Origin: Bacteroidota bacterium
GTDB lineage: Bacteria; Bacteroidota; Bacteroidia; NS11-12g; UBA9320
DNA: 64,000 bases
NCBI GenBank assembly: GCA_013359235.1
Contig: JABWCE010000007.1
Location: 26,609-90,608 of the forward strand
Reading direction: 5' to 3'
Shown in pieces: positions 8,288 through 16,444 of this stretch (positions are counted from its first letter, which is position 1; each line of letters starts with the position of its first letter). The notes beneath the pieces were generated by a model that had not been told where the DNA came from, made no database searches, and worked only from the letters and a program-made list of their open reading frames with translations. Both the position numbers and the translations under genes were made by a program.

Positions 8288-9712
8288 CTATTGAATTGCT
8301 TCTTGTGTTTTTTTATTTGAAGGAAGGTCGGCACTAATGTTTCTTCTGGCAAACATTGCTCCTCCCAAAGCGCCCATAAATATTGAATCAGTATGAATAT
8401 TTATTGTTATATCATTGCCGTAATTGTCTCTTACAAGCTGGGTAAGATATTTGATAACAGCAGGATTTCTGGCAACTCCTCCGGTAAATGTAAACTCGTT
8501 GAAAACACCACCCGAACGTGCTATAAGCGACATTGCACGCATAATAATTGCTTTGTGCAAGCCACCGAGTATATCTTCACGTTTTTCGCCAAGGTTTGTA
8601 AGTTCTCTAAGTTCTGCACCTGCAAAAACTGTACATGTTGAGCAAATATTTACTTCCTTTTGAGCTTCCATTGCCATTGGTCCAAGTTCGTTTAACGAAA
8701 TACTCATCTCGTCGGCAATATACCCAAGGTATCTGCCACATCCAGCAGCACAGCGGTCGTTCATTTGAAATGATGTTACAAGTCCATATTTATCAACCTG
8801 TATTGCTTTTGTATCTTGCCCGCCAATGTCGAGTACTGTTCTTGTGTCAGGAAAAACAGCATGTGCCCCAAATGCATGGCACAATATTTCGGAACGAATA
8901 CATTCTTGAGGGAAGGGCAATAATGCTCTGCCATAGCCTGTACCGGTCATATTTTCGATATGAAATTCGAGATCGGCAATGTCGTCAATATGAGAACGAA
9001 GTGTTTCTGAAACCTGGTCAAAATTTCCTTTCAGCAAATTCATTTCTGCATCAAAGTTTATACTTTCGTTTTCGGCTACTGTATCGGGCAAGTTTTTGTA
9101 TTTTTCTTTAAGCTCAACCATAGCTTTGTGTACCAGTTCTTTGAAATCGAATTTAATTCTTTCGTTTTCGGCCGGAGAAATACTTTTGTCCCAAACGGTC
9201 ATTAGTGGCTCGAAAAGTGCCATTTCTAATTTGTTTACTTCTTCGTTGTATTTTTCTGATACAATATCTCTGAAAAACTGATTTTTTTCACCCAGATTGT
9301 TGTACAAATAATCGTGCTTTATTTTTGGTTTAAAGGCTTTGCGAATGTTTCTTAAATGACCTAGAATTTCATTTTTTTGTTCATCGTTTTTAAAAAAATT
9401 GTTGCAAGTTTTTACTAGTTCATCGCCCAATTTATCTAGTTTTATTTTAAATTGTTCGTATTGAAATACACTTTCGAGGTCTGAAATGTATTTTTTGTAT
9501 TCGGGTTTCGAAATTATTTCTTTTTCAAGGTTTTTTTTAAGAATTGAAAATCTAGCATTGTATGTAGCTTCATCTCTTGCTATATCGGCTGCTACAGAAT
9601 AATTTGCACGGGTGTTTGTAATACCTCTACCTATTATTTCGTCTTGCTCGTTGATAATTACAGCTTTTGAAGTTGTGGAGCCGAGGTCAACTCCAAGATA
9701 ATATTTGCTCAT
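8288..9712 (-). CDS. BadF/BadG/BcrA/BcrD-family ATPase, long form with ~190-aa helical insertion (BcrA/BadF-like)
   Basis: 474 aa. YYLGVDLGSTTSKAVII, then a long charged insertion, then IGGQDTKAIQV, MNDRCAAGCGRYLG and TGGVARN. The size and insertion position match the large ATPase subunit of class-I benzoyl-CoA reductases. Confidence 0.75.
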   Translation of the reverse strand: MSKYYLGVDLGSTTSKAVIINEQDEIIGRGITNTRANYSVAADIARDEATYNARFSILKKNLEKEIISKPEYKKYISDLESVFQYEQFKIKLDKLGDELVKTCNNFFKNDEQKNEILGHLRNIRKAFKPKIKHDYLYNNLGEKNQFFRDIVSEKYNEEVNKLEMALFEPLMTVWDKSISPAENERIKFDFKELVHKAMVELKEKYKNLPDTVAENESINFDAEMNLLKGNFDQVSETLRSHIDDIADLEFHIENMTGTGYGRALLPFPQECIRSEILCHAFGAHAVFPDTRTVLDIGGQDTKAIQVDKYGLVTSFQMNDRCAAGCGRYLGYIADEMSISLNELGPMAMEAQKEVNICSTCTVFAGAELRELTNLGEKREDILGGLHKAIIMRAMSLIARSGGVFNEFTFTGGVARNPAVIKYLTQLVRDNYGNDITINIHTDSIFMGALGGAMFARRNISADLPSNKKTQEAIQ

Positions 9713-9725
9713 TTTATTATTTTTT

Positions 9726-11027
9726 TTAAACTGTTACTGATTCTTGTGATAAAATTATTTTACGTTGCTCAAGCATTTGAAAATACGATTCAAGTCTGTT
9801 TTTAATATTTGCATACGAAAAATACCTTGGGTCAACAAGGTCGCTTTCAATAAAACCAACCGGAACGCCAGTGCGTTGTTCTATTTCACGCATTATCATA
9901 AGTTGCCCTGCAGAAAATGAATTGCATGATTTAATTGAGTTAATCAAAAATCCGTCAGCTTGATATTCTTTTACATATTTTTCTATGAGATCAACCCTTT
10001 GTGGAAGGTTTAGATTGGTATAACAACCCATACAATATGTAGCAAGGCTTTCGAGTGGCTCTTCGGGGTTTTGGCGATATCCTAAATCATAAACACCGCC
10101 TACTTTTGTATAAGTAGATGCTACAATTACAGCACCCATATCATAAAATATTTTCCAAAATTCGCGGAAGTTTGTCCAGTTGGGAGGTCCTTCTACTACA
10201 AGACGGAAGCGTTCTTTTTGCATTTCGCCTTCTGGGGTTACCGGAAGTAATTTTTTTTCAGCTCTGTCTTTTATTTCGTGATAAAGTTCTTTGTAATATT
10301 CAAGACATTCGTCTGACCCTCTAAAGGCGGTATTTATAGGACCCATGTAATAAACTCCGGCAAAATACGCATCAATTGGCGATGGTTTGATTTTGGCAAG
10401 TTGCAATACTTTTACCCAGTAATCTTCTGATTGAACCGAGTTGCTCAATAGTTTGCTTAATCTGGCAGAATCAAATTTTTTACCTGATACTTTTTCAAAT
10501 TTTGGCAAAACTTCTTCTTTTAGTTGTTTCACCATATAATCAATTTGTTCTTTTGTTATTTTGCCATCTTCCTGATATGGTGTGTGCAACATTGCTATTT
10601 CGGCATTTGGATAAAGTCTGTTGAGATTTTCAAACCATTTTAGAAATGTAAAACATCCTGTATAGCTCAAAAGTAGCAAATCTGGCTCGGGAAGTTTTTC
10701 TCCTGTAGGACCTATATTTCCGTTTAACATCATTCCTATATCGCATTTCACATAAGTACATACATCTTCTGAATGACCCATTTTTTCGGCATCTTTTATA
10801 TACCCGCCCGATTTTTTTCTCATACCCGATTGTAAAGCGTTAATCTCGGGATATACCGGAAGCATATCGAATGACAAAATGAGTTCTATCAAGTTGCCGG
10901 GGACAAACGTATAACAAACTTTTTTGCCTGTTTCTTTTGCTTTGCTAAGGTCATTAAATTGTTTAGCGAGCATTTCTTTTTGAATAATCATGCTCTTTTC
11001 TTTTACTGCATCTTTTGGATTTGCCAT
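9726..11027 (-). CDS. HgdA/HgdB-BcrB/BcrC family subunit (BcrB-like, 433 aa)
   Basis: HGD-D-type sequence (KKVCYTFVPGNLIELILSFDMLPVYPE, conserved Cys). Paralogous to the next gene. Confidence 0.7.
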   Translation of the reverse strand: MANPKDAVKEKSMIIQKEMLAKQFNDLSKAKETGKKVCYTFVPGNLIELILSFDMLPVYPEINALQSGMRKKSGGYIKDAEKMGHSEDVCTYVKCDIGMMLNGNIGPTGEKLPEPDLLLLSYTGCFTFLKWFENLNRLYPNAEIAMLHTPYQEDGKITKEQIDYMVKQLKEEVLPKFEKVSGKKFDSARLSKLLSNSVQSEDYWVKVLQLAKIKPSPIDAYFAGVYYMGPINTAFRGSDECLEYYKELYHEIKDRAEKKLLPVTPEGEMQKERFRLVVEGPPNWTNFREFWKIFYDMGAVIVASTYTKVGGVYDLGYRQNPEEPLESLATYCMGCYTNLNLPQRVDLIEKYVKEYQADGFLINSIKSCNSFSAGQLMIMREIEQRTGVPVGFIESDLVDPRYFSYANIKNRLESYFQMLEQRKIILSQESVTV

Positions 11028-11076
11028 ATTCTTTAATCTTTTAAAATTTCTACTGCTTTTTCAAATTTATGTTTTT

Positions 11077-12240
11077 TTATGCCCAAAGTTTTATCGAGTC
11101 TGAAAATGTTCCGGCTTGTTCTTTTATTACTTTAAACTGCCCTGTATTTTCGTGATATTGGAAGTTTATATGCGGAACACCTGCCGCATCACATTCTTTT
11201 TGCATTTCGGGGCGGTCTAACAGAGCTGGGTCGCAAAAACTTGCAGCCGAAAATATAACACCATCAGCTTCTCTTCTTTTTACAAGTTCTACAAGTCTTT
11301 TACCTTTTGGATTTCCTACATCGTAATAGCACGAAGCAAAAGTACTTTGGTTGAGATATGCTTTTGTGATAGCTTCGAGGGGGTCGTTGGTATCTTCTTC
11401 AATATCTCCTTGTATCCATCGTGAGCCAAGCATAAAATCGTCGTCAACAATGTAGCATCCAGCCATTTCTATTGATTTTATTAATCCCACTGGCGGTTGT
11501 TCGCAAAACGAGCCTGAAACCACAACTCTAATATTATCCATTGCCTCGCCTCTTTCATTTCTTATTACATTTAATATTTTCTGAAGCATTTCATTGTGTT
11601 CTTCTACTGTAATGCAAATACCGGCTCTAAGAATATGATATGTTTCTACTGCCGAAAGCCTCCAAGGATATTTTTGCCTTATGTCGTAAATCTCTTCTAT
11701 TAACCTTCTGTTTATATTGTAAAGTTTTATTGCTTTATTAAGACCGTCAACACTTGCTTTTACACCATTTACATTGTAAATATCATCTATTACTTTTTCC
11801 ATTTCATGTTTGTAAAATGTACCTCCTATAAATGGGTCAAAGTTTTGTGCATAATCAAAATATCTTTGAAATTTACCTTTTTTTGACAACTTAAACATAC
11901 CTGATAGATTTCTTACGCAATCGCAAATTGCAGGAAATAAAAACCCATCAAAACCATTTAGATTATTATCCAAAGCCATTTCAATTATTCCACGAGGCAA
12001 ATGACAAATGTAAGATTGATAATATGCATCGCCTTTAATAATTTGTTTGCGGTCGCCTGTACCCATAATTCCCACAGCTATACCATTGGCTGCATGAATT
12101 ATTTCTCGAGGAACATATATTGGCAGATATCCAACAATTACTCTTTTTTCATCTTTGCTTTTCCATTGTTTTGCATGAGTAAATTCGAGGTCGAATGCTG
12201 TTTTTTCGCACCACGATAATATTTCTTCTAAACTATTCAT
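11077..12240 (-). CDS. HgdA/HgdB-BcrB/BcrC family subunit (BcrC-like, 387 aa)
   Basis: HGD-D-type sequence (VIVGYLPIYVPREIIHAANGIAVGIMG...ICDCVRNL). First gene of the operon. Confidence 0.7.
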   Translation of the reverse strand: MNSLEEILSWCEKTAFDLEFTHAKQWKSKDEKRVIVGYLPIYVPREIIHAANGIAVGIMGTGDRKQIIKGDAYYQSYICHLPRGIIEMALDNNLNGFDGFLFPAICDCVRNLSGMFKLSKKGKFQRYFDYAQNFDPFIGGTFYKHEMEKVIDDIYNVNGVKASVDGLNKAIKLYNINRRLIEEIYDIRQKYPWRLSAVETYHILRAGICITVEEHNEMLQKILNVIRNERGEAMDNIRVVVSGSFCEQPPVGLIKSIEMAGCYIVDDDFMLGSRWIQGDIEEDTNDPLEAITKAYLNQSTFASCYYDVGNPKGKRLVELVKRREADGVIFSAASFCDPALLDRPEMQKECDAAGVPHINFQYHENTGQFKVIKEQAGTFSDSIKLWA

Positions 12241-12281
12241 TTCTTTTTTAAAAAGTATTTATTTGATAATATAATGTGTGG

Positions 12282-12289
12282 CAAATTTA
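12282..12289 (-). promoter_or_regulatory. candidate Bacteroidota -7 element (TAAATTTG on minus strand) upstream of the bcrC-like gene
   Basis: Matches TAnnTTTG about 45 nt upstream of the ATG at 12240, in the 154-bp intergenic region after rsfS. Confidence 0.25.
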
Positions 12290-12394
12290 TTTTTGTTTAG
12301 TTTGCAATGTAATGATTAAAATCATGCTTAAACAGTTGAACTTTAATCAGCTTTAATTGTTTAAAAAGAAAAGGTTTCTGATTTTTAAGGTTTT

Positions 12395-12766
12395 TTACTC
12401 TACATCACTGTATTTAGTCATTTTGCCATCGTTCCACAATTCTTCAAGGTTATAATAAAATCTTTTTTCACGATTAAAAATATGAACAATTACATCGCTA
12501 TAATCTATTATAATCCATTCGGCATTCATAAATCCTTCGCGGCTAAAAGGTTTTAATCCAGTAGCTTTTCTCACTTCATCTTCAACAGAATCGGCAATTG
12601 CATCAATTTGCTTTGATGAATCAGCATGACATATTACAAAAAAATCGGCAATTGTAATTTTTAGTTTTCTCAGGTCAATTTTTACAATGCTTTTGGCTTT
12701 TTTTTCCTGCATCCCTTTTACTATGATGTCAGCCAGGTTGTTGCCTGATACGGCTTTTTTCAACAT
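12395..12766 (-). CDS. rsfS: ribosome silencing factor RsfS (Iojap family)
   Basis: 123 aa, with IVKGMQEKKAKSIVKIDL...ICHADSSKQIDAIADSVEDEV typical of RsfS. Confidence 0.85.
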   Translation of the reverse strand: MLKKAVSGNNLADIIVKGMQEKKAKSIVKIDLRKLKITIADFFVICHADSSKQIDAIADSVEDEVRKATGLKPFSREGFMNAEWIIIDYSDVIVHIFNREKRFYYNLEELWNDGKMTKYSDVE

Positions 12767-12817
12767 TCAGTATTTTTATATTTATTTTTGCTTCCGCAAA
12801 AATCGTAAAAATTTCAA

Positions 12818-13582
12818 ATGACACATTCTTTTTTTGAAAAAATAACTTTTTATTATTTTGATGAAACAGATTCTACAAACGATTTAGCAAATTTGCTTCT
12901 TAAACAAAACAAAGCAGAAAATGGCGATGTAATTGTTACAAAATTTCAAACCAAAGGAAAAGGACAATCGGGCAGCAATTGGTTTTCTGAAAGAGATAAA
13001 AGTGTTTTGATTTCGCTTATTTGCAAAGAAATAAATATAGATATTTCAATGCTCACAACAATAAATATGCTTGTTTCGCTAGCCTTATCAAAAACAATAA
13101 AAATTTATCTGCAAAATGAAAATATTAAAATAAAGTGGCCAAATGATATTTATGTAAACAATAAAAAAATTTCGGGTATTTTGATTGAAAGTAATATAAT
13201 TGGTGATACATTAAAAAATATAATAATAGGGATTGGGATAAATGTGAACCAAGATAATTTTCCCGACTTATTGCCCCTTGCCTGTTCTTTTTATACAATT
13301 TCTAACAAAAAGTTTGACACTAATGAAATAACAGGTGTTTTAATTGACAATTTGAACAAGCAACTTGCAGAAATTAAATATTTTGACTTAGAAAAAATTA
13401 AAAGCGAATACGAGTCACAATTATACGGCAAAGATGAGAGTAAGCAGTTTATTAGTAATGGCAAATCATTCGAAGGTACAATAAAAGGAATAAATAAAAA
13501 TGGGCAATTAGAAGTATTAGTAAATAATAATTTAGAAATTTTTAACAATAAAGAAATAGAATTTGTACGGAGCAGTAATTGA
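12818..13582 (+). CDS. birA: biotin--[acetyl-CoA-carboxylase] ligase
   Basis: 254 aa. GKGQSGSNWFS and KWPNDIYVNNKKISGIL motifs of BPL/LPL catalytic domain. Confidence 0.8.
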   Translation: MTHSFFEKITFYYFDETDSTNDLANLLLKQNKAENGDVIVTKFQTKGKGQSGSNWFSERDKSVLISLICKEINIDISMLTTINMLVSLALSKTIKIYLQNENIKIKWPNDIYVNNKKISGILIESNIIGDTLKNIIIGIGINVNQDNFPDLLPLACSFYTISNKKFDTNEITGVLIDNLNKQLAEIKYFDLEKIKSEYESQLYGKDESKQFISNGKSFEGTIKGINKNGQLEVLVNNNLEIFNNKEIEFVRSSN

Positions 13583-14279
13583 CATAGGGAACACACGCAT
13601 AAAAGCGGCAATTTTTGAAAATGATATTTTAAAAAAGAAATTTGATTTTGAAAATTTTAACGACCTTATATTATTCGTCAAACAATTTACAGTAGATATA
13701 CCTGTAATAATTTCGGATGTAACAAGCAGCGATATTAATTCGTTAAATGCTTATATCAAAAAACTTATAATTTTGGATTGTAAAACTCCTATACCCATAA
13801 AAAATAATTATAAAACTCCTGATACTCTCGGTTACGACAGACTTGCTGCAGCAATTGGAGCTTCAGCAAAATATAAAAATGAAAACGTACTTGTGATAGA
13901 TATGGGAACTTGCATAAAATACGATTTTATAAATGAAAAACTTGAATACTACGGGGGTAGCATTTCTCCGGGTCTTGAAATAAAATTTCAAGCACTTAAC
14001 CACTTTACACAAAAACTACCACTTGAAAATAAAAACTATGAATTTTCGCTAATTGGAACTACAACTTCCGAAGCAATTGTAAACGGTGTAATGAATGGAA
14101 CTCTTGCCGAAATAAATGGTATTATACAAGAATATAAAATTACATACCCAAACATAAAAGTTGTAATAACCGGAGGTGATATGTTGTATTTTGCAGATAA
14201 AATTAAAGGAGTGATATTTGCAGACCCCGATTTGGTATTCAAAGGGCTTTACGAAGTATTAAAATATAATGTTAAATAA
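13563..14279 (+). CDS. coaX: type III pantothenate kinase
   Basis: VIDIGNTRIKAAIFEND N-terminus, GYDRLAAAIGA and ITGGD motifs. Overlaps the end of birA. Confidence 0.85.
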   Translation: MYGAVIDIGNTRIKAAIFENDILKKKFDFENFNDLILFVKQFTVDIPVIISDVTSSDINSLNAYIKKLIILDCKTPIPIKNNYKTPDTLGYDRLAAAIGASAKYKNENVLVIDMGTCIKYDFINEKLEYYGGSISPGLEIKFQALNHFTQKLPLENKNYEFSLIGTTTSEAIVNGVMNGTLAEINGIIQEYKITYPNIKVVITGGDMLYFADKIKGVIFADPDLVFKGLYEVLKYNVK

Positions 14280-15600
14280 AACAGCAATTATCCTGCTACT
14301 GGCAGAAATTTTATGGACAACCAAAGCACATAGCCAGCAAAACACCCGTTCGCCGTATTCGCTTTTTGGAGTTGGTATATTGCACAGCGAAAGTTTTGCC
14401 GATATTTCGGCATTGGGCAGAAACAATACATCTTACCGTTTTCAAAGTAATTATTCGTTAAAAAACCCTGCATCACTTTCGGCTTTGAACGTTTCTGTAT
14501 TTAATGTTTCTCCATTTTTTGAACTTGGAAATTATAAAACCGGCACACAAACTAATGATTTTTCTAATGCAGGTTTCAACTATATATCGCTTGCTGCACC
14601 TATTAAAAAATACAAAAGCGGTATAGCATTTTCGTTGCTTCCATTTTCTGACATAGGCTACAACATTTACAACACAAAAGATTCGGGAGGTGTGAGCATA
14701 CGAAATGAATACCAAGGCAGAGGGGGTCTTTCAAGATTTAATATAGGAGCAGGTACTCAAATTTTTAAATATTTAAGTGCCGGAATAAGCTATTCTTATA
14801 TTTTTGGGCAAGTGGACGAAACTCAAAAGCGAAGATACCCCGGGAATAGAGTTTTGACAAGTGTGTCTGACAACAACAACCTATATTTGAGAGGCAGCAG
14901 GCTCGATTTAGGGTTACAGTTCCATATTTTATCAGATTCTGGATTAAATCATATTTTGGGTTTAAATTTTACAAGCAATGCAAAACTAAAAGGCGAACAA
15001 AATAGATTAATATATACATTTACAGAGTTGTACAGTGGTAGTGAAACTATTTGGGATACTATTTTATTCGATAAAGAAAAATCAGCTAATATCACTTTAC
15101 CACAAAACATTAATGTTTCTTATACAATAGGGAAAAGCGAAAAATGGCAAGCAAATGCAGCAATAAGTAAAAATATGTGGAGCAATTTTAATAGTATAAC
15201 AGACCACAAAAACAGCTTTATAAACGAGAATCAAATATCTTTTGGTTTTTTTATTTGCCCTAAACCCATATTCGACAAATCAATTAAAAACGATAAGGTG
15301 AAAAACTATTTAAAAAGCATTAGGTATAGTGCCGGATATTATCAGAGTTCGGGTTTTGTAAAAATTAATGATAAAAATATTGTAGAAAATTCAATTAGTT
15401 TTGGTATTGGTTTACCATTTACACAAATACATAAGCACGTTGACGGTACAAGAATTATAAGTACTTCCCGAATATTTTTAACTGCCGAATACATTTCAAG
15501 AGGCACAACTCAAAATAATCTGATAAAAGAAAATTTTTTTAGACTAACTTTAGGCTTAAATCTTGCCGATAAATGGTTTAACAAAAGGCTTTACAATTGA
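14269..15600 (+). CDS. putative outer-membrane beta-barrel protein (signal peptide, conserved between coaX and lptC)
   Basis: 443 aa with N-terminal signal peptide and Ser/Tyr/Gly/Asn-rich alternating pattern typical of OM barrels. Confidence 0.5.
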   Translation: MLNKTAIILLLAEILWTTKAHSQQNTRSPYSLFGVGILHSESFADISALGRNNTSYRFQSNYSLKNPASLSALNVSVFNVSPFFELGNYKTGTQTNDFSNAGFNYISLAAPIKKYKSGIAFSLLPFSDIGYNIYNTKDSGGVSIRNEYQGRGGLSRFNIGAGTQIFKYLSAGISYSYIFGQVDETQKRRYPGNRVLTSVSDNNNLYLRGSRLDLGLQFHILSDSGLNHILGLNFTSNAKLKGEQNRLIYTFTELYSGSETIWDTILFDKEKSANITLPQNINVSYTIGKSEKWQANAAISKNMWSNFNSITDHKNSFINENQISFGFFICPKPIFDKSIKNDKVKNYLKSIRYSAGYYQSSGFVKINDKNIVENSISFGIGLPFTQIHKHVDGTRIISTSRIFLTAEYISRGTTQNNLIKENFFRLTLGLNLADKWFNKRLYN

Positions 15601-16151
15601 TGATTTTGATAAAGTATTATAAACTTCTTATTTTTTTCATAGCATTTGGAGCTATTGTAGCTTGTGCTCCTGATAAAGAAAAACTTAAAAAAGTAAGAAA
15701 AATCAAAACTGAAATAGGTGTTGAAAAAGCAACCGAAGTAACTATTAATTATACTGATTCGGGCAATTTGAGGGCAAAAATTTACTCACCATTAATAGAG
15801 CATTATCAGCAAAAAGCCGAACCTTACTCAGAAATGAAAAAGGGTGTAAAAGGTTTTTTTTATAACAATTACGGCAAAATTGAAAGTTCGCTTACAGCCG
15901 AATACGCCATAAGCTACGAAACACGTAGAATTGTGGTTGTAAAAAACAATGTGAAAGTACTGAATATGCGTGGCGAAGAGTTGGAAACCGAAAAACTTAT
16001 ATGGGACCAACAAAAAGAAAAGATTTATACAGATAAATTCGTAAAAATAAAAACACCCGATGAAATATTATACGGCAATGGTCTTGAATCAAACCAAAGT
16101 TTTACCCGATATAGAATTAATAAACTAAGAGGAAGAATAACAGTAAAATAA
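15597..16151 (+). CDS. lptC: LptC-like periplasmic LPS export protein
   Basis: 184 aa, N-terminal TM/lipobox, beta-jellyroll-like repeats. Position after coaX is typical for Bacteroidota. Confidence 0.5.
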   Translation: MMILIKYYKLLIFFIAFGAIVACAPDKEKLKKVRKIKTEIGVEKATEVTINYTDSGNLRAKIYSPLIEHYQQKAEPYSEMKKGVKGFFYNNYGKIESSLTAEYAISYETRRIVVVKNNVKVLNMRGEELETEKLIWDQQKEKIYTDKFVKIKTPDEILYGNGLESNQSFTRYRINKLRGRITVK

Positions 16152-16155
16152 GGAT

Positions 16156-16353
16156 ATGAGAAGATTTATAGAGATTATGTGGCTTGCAATTGCAGCGGTG
16201 TCTGTTGTTGAAATTATAATTGCCTACAAACAACAAGGAGCATCAAGCCGTAATTTACAAATGTTTGGTGTAGTATTAGTTGTAGCATTGTTTATGTATT
16301 TTCTAAGAAAAAGGCAGCGAAAAAATATTGACTCAAATAATAGTGGGAAATAA
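16156..16353 (+). CDS. small two-TM membrane protein (hypothetical)
   Basis: 65-aa ORF with hydrophobic segment and basic tail, 5 nt after the lptC-like gene. Confidence 0.25.
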   Translation: MRRFIEIMWLAIAAVSVVEIIIAYKQQGASSRNLQMFGVVLVVALFMYFLRKRQRKNIDSNNSGK

Positions 16354-16444
16354 CTTGTTTTTCTTCATTCTTTAAACAATGCTTACTTTGTACAACTCCT
16401 AAAAAAACAAAATAATTAAAATAATTTTGGGTTTAATAAATTTT

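Noticed and set aside
8393-9281. Several 60-160-aa plus-strand ORFs inside the BcrA-like ATPase gene
   Set aside because: Antisense shadow ORFs with Cys/Arg-rich junk translations. The minus-strand ATPase carries canonical motifs.
12241-12394. Searched intergenic regions (12241-12394, 22949-23109, 45714-45957, 52489-52811, 55275-55418, 60547-60770) for tRNA/ncRNA-like GC-rich cloverleaf segments
   Set aside because: All are extremely AT-rich with only terminator-type hairpins. No acceptor-stem/T-loop (GTTCRANYC) signatures seen. No RNA gene is claimed.
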